From contig NW_021824835.1 of NCBI RefSeq assembly GCF_006345805.1, positions 1-64,000 of the forward strand: a stretch of DNA of 64,000 bases, in the 5' to 3' direction. This document shows, piece after piece, positions 12,246-24,749 of the stretch. The position numbers and the translations under genes were made by a program. Every line of letters begins with the position of its first letter. The stretch's first letter is position 1. Source of the stretch: Octopus sinensis (taxonomy: Eukaryota). The notes below the pieces were generated by a model. It was not told the origin of the DNA and did not search any database. It saw only the letters and a program-made list of their open reading frames with translations.

Positions 12246-13621
12246 ATAAATAAATAAATATATATATATGTATGATATTATGTACTATGATGTGTGTGTG
12301 TGTATTATATGTATATATATATATATATATATATCTATATATAATATACAAGTGGCAAGTTGCTTCTTGGTGAGGGGGGTTGATACTATTTATCTGTCTG
12401 TATATCTGTGTATCTATCTTTTTATCTATCTATCTATTTGTCAGTCTCTCTTTCATTCTGTCTTGCTATCTGTCTCTCTTTTCTTCTCTCTCTCACCCAG
12501 TTCATATTTTGAGACAATAATTCGTTAGTGAATCACGCACATAACACACGCACATACACACACACACACAGACACACACACACACACACACACACACACA
12601 ACACACACACACACACACACATACACACACGGAAATCGAGTGAGAGAGAAAAAGAGAGAGGAATGATGATCAAGGTTGGAGGCTAAACAAACCTTAACGA
12701 AAGGGGACCCGAAGCGAAGGAGAGTATTCAGTACATTTTGACTACATCATGGCAAATAGCAAATATACAGAACGACAGGGGGTGCCACTACCACCGCCGC
12801 CGCCGCCACCGCCACCGCCACTACTAAAATAAAACAATATTAGAAAAAAAAACCGTAGATGTGCTTCAGGGTGTAAAACATTAATGACTTACTCCATATA
12901 TTGGTAGAAGACAGCGAGGTACTGTGACGTAAGCAAGTCGTAGTACCCCCTGTCAAGCTCTCTCTTCCACTCACTCTCTCACTTTGTCCCTCTCTTTCCC
13001 TCTCGTTCTCTCTTTACCAACAACGATCACTGCCACCACCATCACCACCACCAACACCACTAACACCACGTGATATTTTGACGTCAACCAGTATTATATA
13101 TCATTACCATTACCCGTTCTCGTTTTCTTTCTTCCTTTCTCCCCCCCCCCTCTTTCTCTCTCTCTCCTGACCGTATTTAATAAATCAGTCCCAGGCAATC
13201 TGTGGGTATTTCTGAATGGCACGTCCTCACGAAATATTACCTTCTATTCATATAATGGATACATGTCTTTCGTTTTGGGTTCATTGATTTCATAATAGAT
13301 TTTTAACACTTACACACACCTCTTATTTTTATGGAAGTTGTGTTGTAAGAAATGGCGTCGGCAAACCATATTTAACAAATCGAAATGTCCCGATCAACTG
13401 AGAAAGCAAAAAAAACTACAGAAAATTGTTAACGACTCCTGTGCGAATTGAAAGAGGATTTCGTCATAGCAAAATGAAGTCGATATAAAACTGAATTTTC
13501 TTGTGTAGATGTAATGCGTTAGCTCCAACATTCGATCGTCAGAAGTGGGGAGATTAGCATAAGAAGAAGCTAAGCTCACTGTCTTCATTTTTGTTTCCGT
13601 GTGTATCTTCACCTGCATATA

Positions 13622-13712
13622 GCACCTTGGGAAGGTGTCTTCTGTAGCCTCGGGCCGACCAAAGCCTTGTGAGTAGAATTGGTAGACGGAAACTGGAAGA
13701 AGCCCGTCGTAT
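13622..13712 (+). mobile_element. SINE family B CORE-like fragment
   Basis: GCACCTTGGGAAGGTGTCTTCT..GGCCGACCAAAGCCTTGTGAG..GGAAACTGGAAGAAGCCCGTCG. Confidence 0.75.
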
Positions 13713-13971
13713 GAACTGTCAGCATCTACTAAATTCAAACGAGGCATGTGGATGTCTTATCATCGAAGTCGGTGGTTTTGTAACTAATGGCAACTGAGTA
13801 TCACCTGAAGAAATACAACTGGATCCCATTATACAAGTAAATCGTTGCATAATTTAAATCCTGTATATATATATATGAAGATCTATGTTGTATCGAAACA
13901 TGTGTAGAGATTATTAAATAACTGTCTAACCGTACTTCTTCTTGTTGACTATCTTATTCAATCATATATAT

Positions 13972-14135
13972 AGGCGAAGGAGTGACTGAGTGGTAAGTAG
14001 CTTGCTTCCCAAACACATGGTTCCGGATTCAATCCCACTGCGTGGCACCTTGGGCTAGTATCTTCTACTATAGCCTAGGGCCGACCAAAGCCTTGTGAGT
14101 GGATTTGGTAGACGGAAACTGAAAGAAGCCCGTCT

Positions 14136-14189
<54 letters not shown>

Positions 14190-14390
14190 TGTCCTCGCCA
14201 CCATCGCTTGACAATTTATGCTGGTTTGTATATGTCTCCGTAAGCAAAGGAGACCAATTGAATAAGTACTAGGCTTACAAAGAATAAATCCTGGGGGTCG
14301 ATTTCTTCGACTAACACTCTTTGAGGTGGTGCTCCAGCATGGCCGCAGTCCAAAGACCGAAACAAGTAAAAAAAAGAGTAAAAAGAATAA
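13972..14390 (+). mobile_element. SINE family B, full length (tRNA-like head, CORE-like domain, internal microsatellite, 3' tail)
   Basis: A-box-like GACTGAGTGGT, B-box-like GGATTCAATCCC, GGCACCTTGGGC, internal (TA)(TG) tract, tail GGTGCTCCAGCATGGCCGCAGTC. Confidence 0.88.
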
Positions 14391-14432
14391 GATCATTAAT
14401 GTTGGGTAATGACTGAAAGATTGCGATCGTGA

Positions 14433-14700
14433 ATACAAGCATCCGAAATGGAGTCACTCCGTAGGTTCTGTGGAATAACGTTACTTGACTGAAGATGTAG
14501 TATGGAGAATAAGGATTCACAAGTTGGGGCACTACTTCTCTGCATTGAGAAGCCACGGCTCCGGTGCTACGGACGTGCGATTAGAACGTCAGAGGAAATA
14601 ATTGGAAGACAGATTCTTCAAGTCAAGTCCGACCGAAACAGACTTAAAAACACCATCCTTAGCTGCGAAGGTTCAAGACCAAATCATGGCCATAATTGAT
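14433..14700 (+). pseudogene. Decayed 3' fragment of an RTE-X/Rex3-like LINE ORF
   Basis: In frame from 14433: IQASEMESLRRFCGITLLD*RCSMENKDSQVGALLLCIEKPRLRCYGRAIR, matching the AEM.FLRRI.G.TL.D..R / LLL.IEK..LRW.GHV.R C-terminal pattern of RTE-group RTs. Confidence 0.65.
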
Positions 14701-15574
14701 ATCTTGCGTTCTTTCAAAGACCCATCTTCTTCGCTCGCAAGAGCAAGCAAGATCGTGGGGCATAGGTACTTCCTCCATTGGATCCTATAAGAAGCAAACG
14801 TCATTAGACTTTCAGGCTGTATTTCCAAGTATGACAAACTGTGATTATGGATAATATCCAACCGTTTCCTTCTTGGTTTACCGTTACGTCTCCTGTTAAT
14901 ATGAGATGAATGAAGGAGTAGATCGGTGAGGCGAACGGGAAGTGATAGACAGAAAGATCGACGGCGAGATAGAGGAAAAGAGGAGAGAGAGAGAGAGATA
15001 TGATCAATGTAATATGAATAAATAAATATAGAAACAAATTAGTAAAGGGAAGTAACTCAAATGAAGCTATACCATGGATTTTAAAATACAAGCAATGATG
15101 TGCTTGATTGATGGACACCAGCCATTCTTAATGAATTTGAATTTGCCTTTGGGAGAAAGTAAGCAGTGAAATCCTAGCGGTAATTCTTAACGCTGTGTGT
15201 GTGTGTATATGTGTGTGTGTGTTATGTGTGTGTATGCATGTGTGCGTGTGTGTGAAAGAAAGAGAGAGAGAAACAGACAACGAGGGCAGCTAGATACGTG
15301 TCTAAATATATTTATATATGTATATAAATTTTCATGGACGAGTATGTATGTATATATATATATATATACATACATATATATATAAAACCCCAACACCACC
15401 ACACCATACACCACTATACTACCACGCCACACCACCCCGCACACACTAGCACTAACCACTTCCCAGCACCTACATCATCATCCATACACCTACACAAGCA
15501 CACACGCACAGGTCATGGTCACTAGCCCCCTTCCACACGCACATAACTCTCTCACATACACACGCACGCGCACC

Positions 15575-15837
15575 TTCATTTTGGTATCACCCCTACTTTA
15601 TTATCTCCCCTTCTTCCTAGCTCTCCTGTGTGACCACTCTGTCCGGCACTCGCCATGATAGTTCGCTAGCCACGAAACCTTTTTTATTTTCTCCCCCTGT
15701 TTATTTCTATGTTCCTTTCTGCCGAAGAGCGTATGCTCGAAACGTCAAAGACTTTCTCACTTTCCGAGCGTTAAACTAATACATCTGTTTGTTGTTTACA
15801 CACCCGTCTTCGTCTTTTGTTTTTGTGAATTCTCACT
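15575..15837 (+). mobile_element. Solo PLE-like terminal repeat carrying a minimal hammerhead variant
   Basis: Pyrimidine-rich segment between microsatellites containing the 15715-15750 fold and ending in (TA)n. Confidence 0.55.
15715..15750 (+). ncRNA. Minimal type-I hammerhead-like motif (A6C core variant)
   Basis: Stem I CTTT/AAAG; core CTGCCGA + A; stem II GAGC-GTAT-GCTC; GAAAC-GTC with palindromic ACGT. Confidence 0.55.
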
Positions 15838-16505
15838 ATATATATGTATGTATATATATATATATCCCTTCGTGTATTTCACGTTATTTATTTATGTAAA
15901 GGTTTATTTTATTATATATATATATATATGGTATATTTTTGTATGTGCGTATATGCATGTCAAAGATGCAGTCGGTTTACTCAGGTAGGCGAGCAGATAG
16001 TATGTATATTATGGTAAGTGCCAAACAAGCCTATTTATTCGCTTGTCTTGATTGACATTGCAGTGGGAGATACACGAGTAGCTGTTGGTAAATTACCTTT
16101 CAAAACACACCTGACAATCATTGTTAATAAGAGATGAATGGAAGTGTTTGTGTGTGAGTGGTAGTGCGGGGGGGGATTAGACGGCGAGAAGAAGAGTAAG
16201 AATGGGATAGGGAGAGAGAAAGGAGAGAGAGGTGGGGAAAAGCAGAAAGGTGGAGTAGATAGATAGACGTAGAAACCAAATGGAGGCAGATTGAGAAAAA
16301 ATACAGAGAAATAGAGGGAAAGGGAGAGAGAGGGAAGGGGAGAGAAGAAACGAAGACAGATGTGGAGAGGATGAGAGTGAGGAAGAGACTCGTAGAAGGA
16401 GAGGCAGAGAGAAAGAGGGGGGAATAGGCAATTATATATCTAATGAAAAATGAGGGACCAAGTGAAAAAGACTCACAGGAGAGAAAGAAGGAGACGTAGA
16501 GGAGA

Positions 16506-16557
<52 letters not shown>

Positions 16558-16741
16558 TGTGGCAATACTTATACATCTTTATAGCGAGGTGTGTTTAGAT
16601 AAAAGAAGCAAACCTTTGAGGTAAGGCGGGCGGGCACGCGTTCTTCAGTGTTTTGATGAACAGTACTTACTGCTAACACCTGACGTGAAATCCATGACAG
16701 GTACTTAATACACATACACACATTCATATACATAATACATA

Positions 16742-16791
<50 letters not shown>

Positions 16792-16869
16792 TATATATGT
16801 ATATATACATGTAGAGGTAGGTACGTACATATATGTATGTATATATGCATATGTTTTAGTTATTTATTA

Positions 16870-16915
<46 letters not shown>

Positions 16916-17602
16916 GTATATGTATATATGTATGTACGTATGTATGTATGTGTGTGCATGAATTTTTATATCGTTAGCATTTTACTTAAGCAATGGAGGA
17001 GTGTTTTTTTTCTCTCGTTTGTTATTGCTGTATACTTAACGCCTTGTTTACTTAACCATTGTGCTGTGCTATTTTACTAAAAGTATTGCTTCCAGAACTA
17101 ATCGCCTATTTTTCATACGGAATTTCTCTATCCGAGAGACGTGTTGTTTACGCTTGTTTTCCTTCCTACTTTTGTTTAGCATTATCGTGATATGGTGTAT
17201 TACTGTGGTTTCTTGTTCTAAGTGCATGCGAAGCTGATCGGAAAATGTCGTCCATGTTTAACCATTAAGACAGTCGTAGTCGTGATGTTTGCAAATTCCA
17301 CGTTTGCTGGCCATTATATAAGTCATTAGTAACGTGTTCACAAGCATACAGGTTGCAGGTTACTTATATGGGTCTGTTTCATTTTTTTTGTTTCATTTTT
17401 ATTGATATTGTTATTTATTTTAATACGCATGCCTGACGCACCCGAAGAGGAAGCACGCCGACAGTGTATGAATTTTTATAACTCTTTGTGTGTGCGTGTG
17501 TGTGTGTGTGGTCCTAACTTCAGCAAAGGTTACAATGCGATGTCTACCAAAACACCTACATGTCATGTGAAGGATTTTGTGTGCGCGCGTATTTACATAT
17601 GT

Positions 17603-17638
<36 letters not shown>

Positions 17639-18381
17639 GCAAGCGGAAAATGGAGCTATGGCTATGCTGAATTCAAACATTTCACCAGTATAGGTGACCA
17701 ACTCTTCGAATTTCTCTCAGGACTCAAAAGCAATTTAAGATCTCACGTAAGAATATATGCTTATATTTACATCAGTCCATGCTTTCATCTATTCATGATG
17801 TTCATCTCTTCTACACGACGTTTCAGCGTTAGACTTACGGTTTTTTCCTCATTTTCACACGAACTTAATTAGCATATTTACCATTTATCAACACAAAAGA
17901 TCTCAACTTCCCTTGGATTCTACAGAATCGCCTTAAAATTGAACTCACATAACTCATTATCATTTTAATACTAAACGATGATGCTTAGTTCAACTTGAGG
18001 ACAAAAATCTTGCCTCGCTTTATTTATCTTCAATTATGTAAAAATAAAATTGCCATGACATGCGTATATCTACTGGTTCCTCTACGTTTTATAAGGTATA
18101 GACAAAATAATATTTTTTCTTCAGGGGCTCACGTGAATAGACTAACATTTACAGGGTACATTCGGGTGGTTAAGGGTAGGTTATGTAAGTGAGAATGTGA
18201 CACTCTGTATGCAGACGACTTCCTTGAGGTAATTAAATAAAATATCTTCCGCTCGTGTCGAGTTAAAAGAAATAAGAATATGTATATGTGTGTATATACT
18301 GTATGTGTGTATATGTATATGTGTGTATAAAATGTGTATGTGTATAAACATTTTCAAATTTTATTGTGTGCATATACAAAA

Positions 18382-18513
<132 letters not shown>

Positions 18514-18563
18514 GTATACATATATATATATGGATGCGACACACACGTGTGCATGCATGTATG

Positions 18564-18599
<36 letters not shown>

Positions 18600-19416
18600 A
18601 TGTTCGCTCAAACACACACCACGCACACACATGCACACACCCACTCACGCACACACACACATATACACACACGCTGTATATCGTGTGCCTTCTTTTTCGA
18701 TGTTTTCATATTTATGAAAGGAAGAAATGTTTTCGTACACGCACACACCTACCCACTCATGCAAACCCCACCCCATTCACTCATCTAATATATATAGTGT
18801 ATATGTCTATGAGTATGTCTATATACAGAACTTTATATGTGCGTGCACACGCGTGCTCATGATGTTATCAGTGGCCTGTGTGTACAAATGTGTGTGTGTG
18901 TGTGTATGTGTGTGTGTGTGTGTGAAAACCTGCTGAGGCACATTCCAAGCAGCGGGTATAACAGAGGGGCATCTCCTCACCACAGCCCCACCGCCACCAT
19001 ACATACATATACATACAGACGCCCTTGATTGTATAAATTTTAATTGGCAGGAAATTGCATAAAAAAAATTAACACTACCACATTCTATAAAGCCATAAAT
19101 ACTATTTTACACTTATCCATGCGTTATACGCTATTCATGTACACGAGCTATATACTCATGCATGTTGTACGTGTTATACACCGATATAAGCCATACACCT
19201 TCATTATACAGTAATGTCTCGCAGTACGAGTTTAATTCATTCCATGACCGATCTCGTCTTACGATTTACTCGATTTACAAATCAATTTTCCGCATTGAAA
19301 TTAACTAAAATATAATTAATCTGTTCCTGCCCCCCGCCTCACTCCAACTAATTTTTTATGGGTTTTGAACAGAAAAGGTGTAGTTGCAAGTAAAATTATT
19401 GGAAAAAAAAAAGAGA

Positions 19417-19546
19417 ATTATTCTGCTTTAGGCACAACGCCCTTAATTTTTGGGGAGGGAGCCAGTCGATTAGATCGACCCCAGTACGCAACTGATACTT
19501 AGTTTATTGACCTCAAAAGGATGAAATTCAAAGTCGACCTCGACGG
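19417..19546 (-). mobile_element. SINE family A, 3' half
   Basis: Tail 1 and central domain in reverse complement. Confidence 0.75.
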
Positions 19547-19652
19547 GAGTGCCACTATACACGTAAACCTGTCATAGATTTAATTATGTTATACTCTTAT
19601 GTTTGATACAAACACACACAAGCATACATACACACAAGCATTACATATATAT

Positions 19653-20000
19653 AAGGGCTACCATGAAGTCACTTGGAATGGATCCAGAGGACAGAGAAAC
19701 CCTTGCTTCGGATCGAGCTGGATGGCGAATAAAAAGCGTGGAGTAGAGTGAAAGCGTTTGAAGAGAGATTTCAGGGAGAATGTTACGATCGAGAAGGGGA
19801 ATTCCAATGACCTTTTTGTGTGCACAGACAACTCCTTTCTTTTATCTGCAGCTCTTGGTGGTCCAAATCGGATATGCAATCTATTTGGGTGTCTTTTCAA
19901 TAGATTGTCTGGTTTAAAAATCCACATCAGACGCCATGATGGATATAAGGTGTAAGTACAGGAGGTGGTCAGACTCTGCATAAGGAGTACACAACGACTA
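19653..20000 (+). pseudogene. 3' end of an RTE-clade LINE (frameshifted ORF C-terminus with C2H2-like tail)
   Basis: RATMKSLGMDPEDRETLASDRAGWR, then CNLFGCLFNRLSGLKIHIRRH; ends ACAACGACTATGTATG. Confidence 0.65.
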
Positions 20001-20031
20001 TGTATGTATAAGCTTACAAACATACACACAA

Positions 20032-20114
<83 letters not shown>

Positions 20115-21079
20115 ATATATATATACTGGAATATTCCAACGGATCATAATGTAATCTTTGTATTGTCCTTTTGCTTGCCCTCTTGATTTTTCACCCAAGG
20201 TATTTGAAAACGCAAGCTTATATAGCTATAAATGTTTTGTTCTTTTAATTTTGGTTGAGAAATGAAACAATTGTAGGTGATGACATTAATCAATTAATAA
20301 ATTAATTTGTATCCATTGGATCTCTCCGTTTTCAAACTTAACAATAATGTTTGCTATTTTATGATATTTTATATAATATATTCATCGAAGAAATATCTCT
20401 TCAAAAGACAATATATTAAACCAGTGCATCTTGGATAAGAATGTCCCTATAAGAGCTCTAAATATCCTCATATATGTATGTGTGTACACACACATACATA
20501 CATACACACATACATACGCACACACACACACATATACATTCAGACATAGATATATGTCTGCATGTATGTATGTTAATCAAATATATATTCTATGCACGTT
20601 ATACACGCAATGCACTCTTAGAAGCTGCCTCGGTACACTTATACACTCTATAAGCCCCGTGCAATGCATACAGCTTGATACACTCTACGTACTGTACAAC
20701 TGTAGCACTGTTGTTGTTTAACTTCAAGTCAGCCTTCATCGAGCAGCCTATGAGCATAGTCTTTCCACACATGACCGACCACTCATATATATTTCAAGCA
20801 CCATGTATTCAGGTATCTGTTTGCCTGGGTGTCCGTGCTATTTTTAAAGAGAATAGGATGTATTTTGAGGTAGATTTAGCTGCTTTTTTTAGACGATTAA
20901 CTGACCATTTATACGATTTTTCATTAGCTCTTATGCAGTTATAATACAGTGTTCTTGTTGTTGATTACCACAAGTTCTGCCTAAATTGGACAGTGGCGTT
21001 CCGACCGTGACGATCTAGTCTTTCATATCCCAGATAAACTGAAGAAGTAGTATAATATTGGTTGTAAATTTTTTTCAAG

Positions 21080-21251
21080 GAAGGGGGTGATTCGATTACA
21101 TCGATCTCAGTGTACAACAGGTACTTATTTTATCGACCCCTAAAGGATGAAAGGTACAGTTGACCTCGGTGGAATTTGAACTCAGAAGACAGACGAAATC
21201 CTGGTAAGCATTTTACCCGGTAAGGTAACGATTTTACCAGCTCGCCACCTT
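21080..21251 (-). mobile_element. SINE family A, diverged
   Basis: TATCGACCCCTAAAGGATGAAAGG..GGAATTTGAACTCAG..CCAGCTCGCCACCTT. Confidence 0.8.
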
Positions 21252-21264
21252 CAGAGAACAAGTA

Positions 21265-21790
21265 TACTATTTATGGGGCACCATGCATGGAAAGTATACA
21301 ATTATTTATGTACACAATACAGAAAGTAAAGAAATTCTACTGTACCCCGCTTGAAAAGTAAACAGAATATTGACCTGCTCCGCATGATAAGTAGAAAGTT
21401 ACTAGCAAAACCCAAATGGAGAGTAAAATGTTAGGAATGCACCCTGAATGAAAAAATATTAGTTATTGTGAACTCCGAATGTAACGTAAAAAAAAATTAT
21501 CGACGCGTTCCGGATTGCAAGTAAGAGAAAAAGTACTTGCAGAACTCGAAAGACAAATAGAAGAATTATCGATACACCCTGAATAGAAAATAAAACAATT
21601 ACTGATGCACCCTGAATAGAAAATAAAGCAATTAGTGATGCACCACGCATGGAAAATAAGCAATTATTGACGCACCCTAAAGATATTTGGGGTGCACCCC
21701 GAATGCAAAGTAAACAATTATTATTCACCCCGATTCGAAAGCAAACTTTCCCCGAACGGAAAGATAAAATATTGTGCGCCGCACTTGAGA
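21265..21790. repeat. Decayed minisatellite, about 33-bp unit, roughly 15 units
   Basis: Best-conserved units start at 21564, 21597, 21630 and 21662: AATTAYTGATGCACCCTGAATAGAAAATAAARC. Confidence 0.8.
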
Positions 21791-22072
21791 CTTTAAAAAA
21801 TACTATTTTGAAATATAAAATTTCGTAAAAGTAGAGGAAACTCTTTTCAGTCATTGGACTGCGGCCATTCTGTTGCTACCTTGTAAAATTATTCCTGTTT
21901 GTTTACTCATCTGATGCTCAACCGATTGTAACAATATTAATAATAGTTTTCTGATTTATGCTCAGGGATAATAATTTTGAAGGGCGGGATGTTAGTCGAT
22001 GTCCCCCCATCTCAGTATTTAACTGGTGCTGGGGCCGATTATATGTTATTGGGATACTATTGGCTTAAAAAT

Positions 22073-22280
22073 TTTGGCACAAGGCCAGCAAGTTCGGAGG
22101 AAGGGGTTAAGTCGATTACATCGACCCCAATGCTTGATTGCTACTTATTTTATAGACCCCGACAGGATGAAAAAAGGATAGATAACTTCGGCGAAGTTTT
22201 AAAATCAGAAAACAAAGAACCGGGGAAATTCTGCAGAGCATTTTGTCCGGCGTGCTAACGATTCTGCCAGCTCACCGCTT
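22073..22280 (-). mobile_element. SINE family A, full length, diverged
   Basis: GGCACAAGGCC..GTCGATTACATCGACCCC..CGGCGTGCTAACGATTCTGCCAGCTCACCGC. Confidence 0.8.
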
Positions 22281-22924
22281 TAATTCTAATGAAAATAATA
22301 AGAAATGTCAGACATTTCCTGTGGCATCTATCTCTCTTTGGGGAGTGTAGGGTGGAGGAGGAGGAGGGAGAGGGAGCACTTGCTGTAGTTCCTTGACTTA
22401 CAGTTTAAGTCAGTCAATCTTAGCATGACCTAACTCGCTATGGAACTTGTTTTTATTCAATTAACTTCTTCCAAGACATAGGGCTGTAGTGGAGACAGCG
22501 GTGGCGGAGGCGGTGACGACCGTGGCACTTGCTGCTGTGTCATTTACTGTTTTAATTATTCCATTAGCAAACCTTCCTTTCGTTCTGTAATTCATTTCTA
22601 GCCTCTCGCGGTTTAGTGTAAAGTGTTTGTTATTCCATTGACGTAACAAACATTTTTATAAAAGCGAACGAAGTTTCGAGGAGTTAGGGGAGAGGTGGGG
22701 AATATTTTTTAGACCCTGGGGACTAATTACTAGTACATAAGAAACTGTAGGGGGCGCATCTGTGCCGAGTAAAATAATAAACGGTTAATTTTATAAATTC
22801 ATAGACATGCAGTAAACTTATATTGAATTACTCTTGCAATTTTAAGGTTTAAAACAGTCATGTGCAAACTGACTTCTTGAATGGACTTCCTGGATGATAC
22901 GCCTAACGAAATATTACCTCGAAT

Positions 22925-23004
22925 TTTTGAGGTGAAGTGTGGCCCGCTTAATGATGAGTCATATCTCGTGCGGCCCGCTTCTCGAGAAAGGTTATCTATG
23001 CCTG
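22925..23004. mobile_element. Possible right end of a hAT-type DNA transposon
   Basis: Paired GTGGCCCGC/GCGGCCCGC subterminal boxes, then AAAGGTTATCTATGCCTG (resembles the reverse complement of a CAGG..AACCTTT TIR). No left TIR found. Confidence 0.35.
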
Positions 23005-23580
23005 GCTTAATATAGGTTTTTGCTTATTTCATGAGGTGTTCCGATAGAGTTTTAGGGACTTCGCTTGTGAGAAGTGTTAGATTTGAATCGGAGAAGCATC
23101 GGATGAGATGCCTTGTGGTATTCAACTCGCTCTTTGAATTCTGAGCTCAAATCCCACTGAGGTGGGGATCGATATAATCATATATCCCCACCTCCGCACA
23201 CACACACTCAGCTTCATAGCCTTATGCCTAATTAAGATTAAAAGCGGCGGTTTATTATTATTGTTTTTATTTATGCATTCATTTATTTAGTATATTATTA
23301 TTTATTTTGTTTTTTGCATTTTTCACGGTTTTACCTAAAAACCTTGCGATGTCTCATACGTTTTTCCATAGCTGGTTTAAAGCCGTTGCGTGGCCGATTC
23401 GGCAAAGTAACTCGTAGTTAAATAGTATTTTGTTGTGAGTTCAAATCCCACCAACCTCGACTTTGTTTTCTAATCGATATTCTCATTCTAAATCAATGAT
23501 CAACAATTTTTTCTGTAACGGCTCACTTTTCAAAATTTTAAAATCGAATTTATCCTTGACCTGCATGTGTATAATATCTT

Positions 23581-23992
23581 AATTTATTTATTTATTACCC
23601 ACATGCGGCTAAACATAGAGGGGACAAACAAGGACAGACAAAGGGATTAAGTCGATTACATCGACCCCAGTGCGTTATTAGTACTCATTTAATTAACCCC
23701 GAAAAGATGAAAGGCAAAGTTGACCTCGGTGGAATTTGAACTTATAACGTAACAGCAAACGAAATACCTATTTCTTTACTACACACAAGAGACTAAACAC
23801 AGAGAGGACAAACAAGGACAGACAAACGGATTAAGTCGATTATATTGACCCCGGTGCATAAGTGGTACTTATTTAATCGACCCCGAAAGGATAAAAGGCA
23901 AAGTCGACCTCGGCGGAATTTGAACTCAGAACGTAGCGGCAGACGAAATACTGCCAAGCATTTCGCCCGGCGTGCTAACGATTCTCGCCGTC
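23581..23992 (-). mobile_element. Dimeric SINE family A (tail 2 on both monomers)
   Basis: Two central domains, junction GAAATACCTATTTC at 23761-23774, and near-TSD TGTATAATATCTT (23568-23580) / TGTATATAATATCTT (23995-24009). Confidence 0.85.
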
Positions 23993-24250
23993 CTTGTATA
24001 TAATATCTTTATTATCCGGTCCGGTGACCTGCCCTACGAATACGATTCTTTAATGCCAGACGTTCCTAACGAGCGATGTGGGACATGAACGTCCGTCTTT
24101 TAGACACATGTGTCATTCACAAACTGAAATATCCCTTATGCATATGCCATGTCGACAGATGATAGCAGCAGTAAACTTACTGAATTATTTAATCCTGATC
24201 ATTGACAGTTTGTTGTCTCTTCATCTGTTCAGTATCAGGCGCTGATCTAC

Positions 24251-24412
24251 GGCGCAGGCGTTGCGCTGTGGTAAGATGCTGGCTTCCAACAACATGGTTT
24301 CGGGCTCCGTTCCACTGCATGGCACTTTGCACAAATGTCTTCTAGTATAGCCCCTGACCGACCAAAGCCTTGTGCGTGGATTTAGTAGACGAAGACTGAA
24401 AGAAGCACGTCA
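24251..24412 (+). mobile_element. SINE family B, 5' half, interrupted in its internal (TA)n
   Basis: GGCGCAGGCGTTGCGCTGTGGTAAG..GACCAAAGCCTTGTGCG..CTGAAAGAAGCACGTC. Confidence 0.75.
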
Positions 24413-24447
24413 TATATATATTATATATATATATATATTATATATAT

Positions 24448-24481
<34 letters not shown>

Positions 24482-24512
24482 CAAATACATATACATATAT
24501 ACATATCACACC

Positions 24513-24564
24513 GTCTCCGATGAAGGGATATTAGTAATTAATATCCTAGAAACAGCTGTAAGAC
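24513..24564 (+). ncRNA. Minimal type-I hammerhead-like motif (U4C variant) in a PLE-like terminal fragment (about 24505-24640)
   Basis: Stem I GTCT/AGAC; core CCGATGA; stem II GGATATTA/TAATATCC; GAAAC-AGCT-GTA with palindromic ACAGCTGT. Confidence 0.65.
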
Positions 24565-24749
24565 CTTCTATCTATAAATGCTCTAATATCTATACAGCCT
24601 TGGTTTTTTTATCTCATTACGCAAAAAATTCATATATACACACGCTGACATAGAACCAACGTTGAACCCTTTATTCGCAATATTACCGAATCTGGAACTT
24701 AACTATGGTCTGTCTATAGCATTTATTCAGCATTACGTAGCACTTATAT

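Noticed and set aside
21265-21790. 33-bp repeats as a CRISPR array
   Set aside because: Units are directly adjacent with no unique spacers, there are no cas genes, and the context is eukaryotic.
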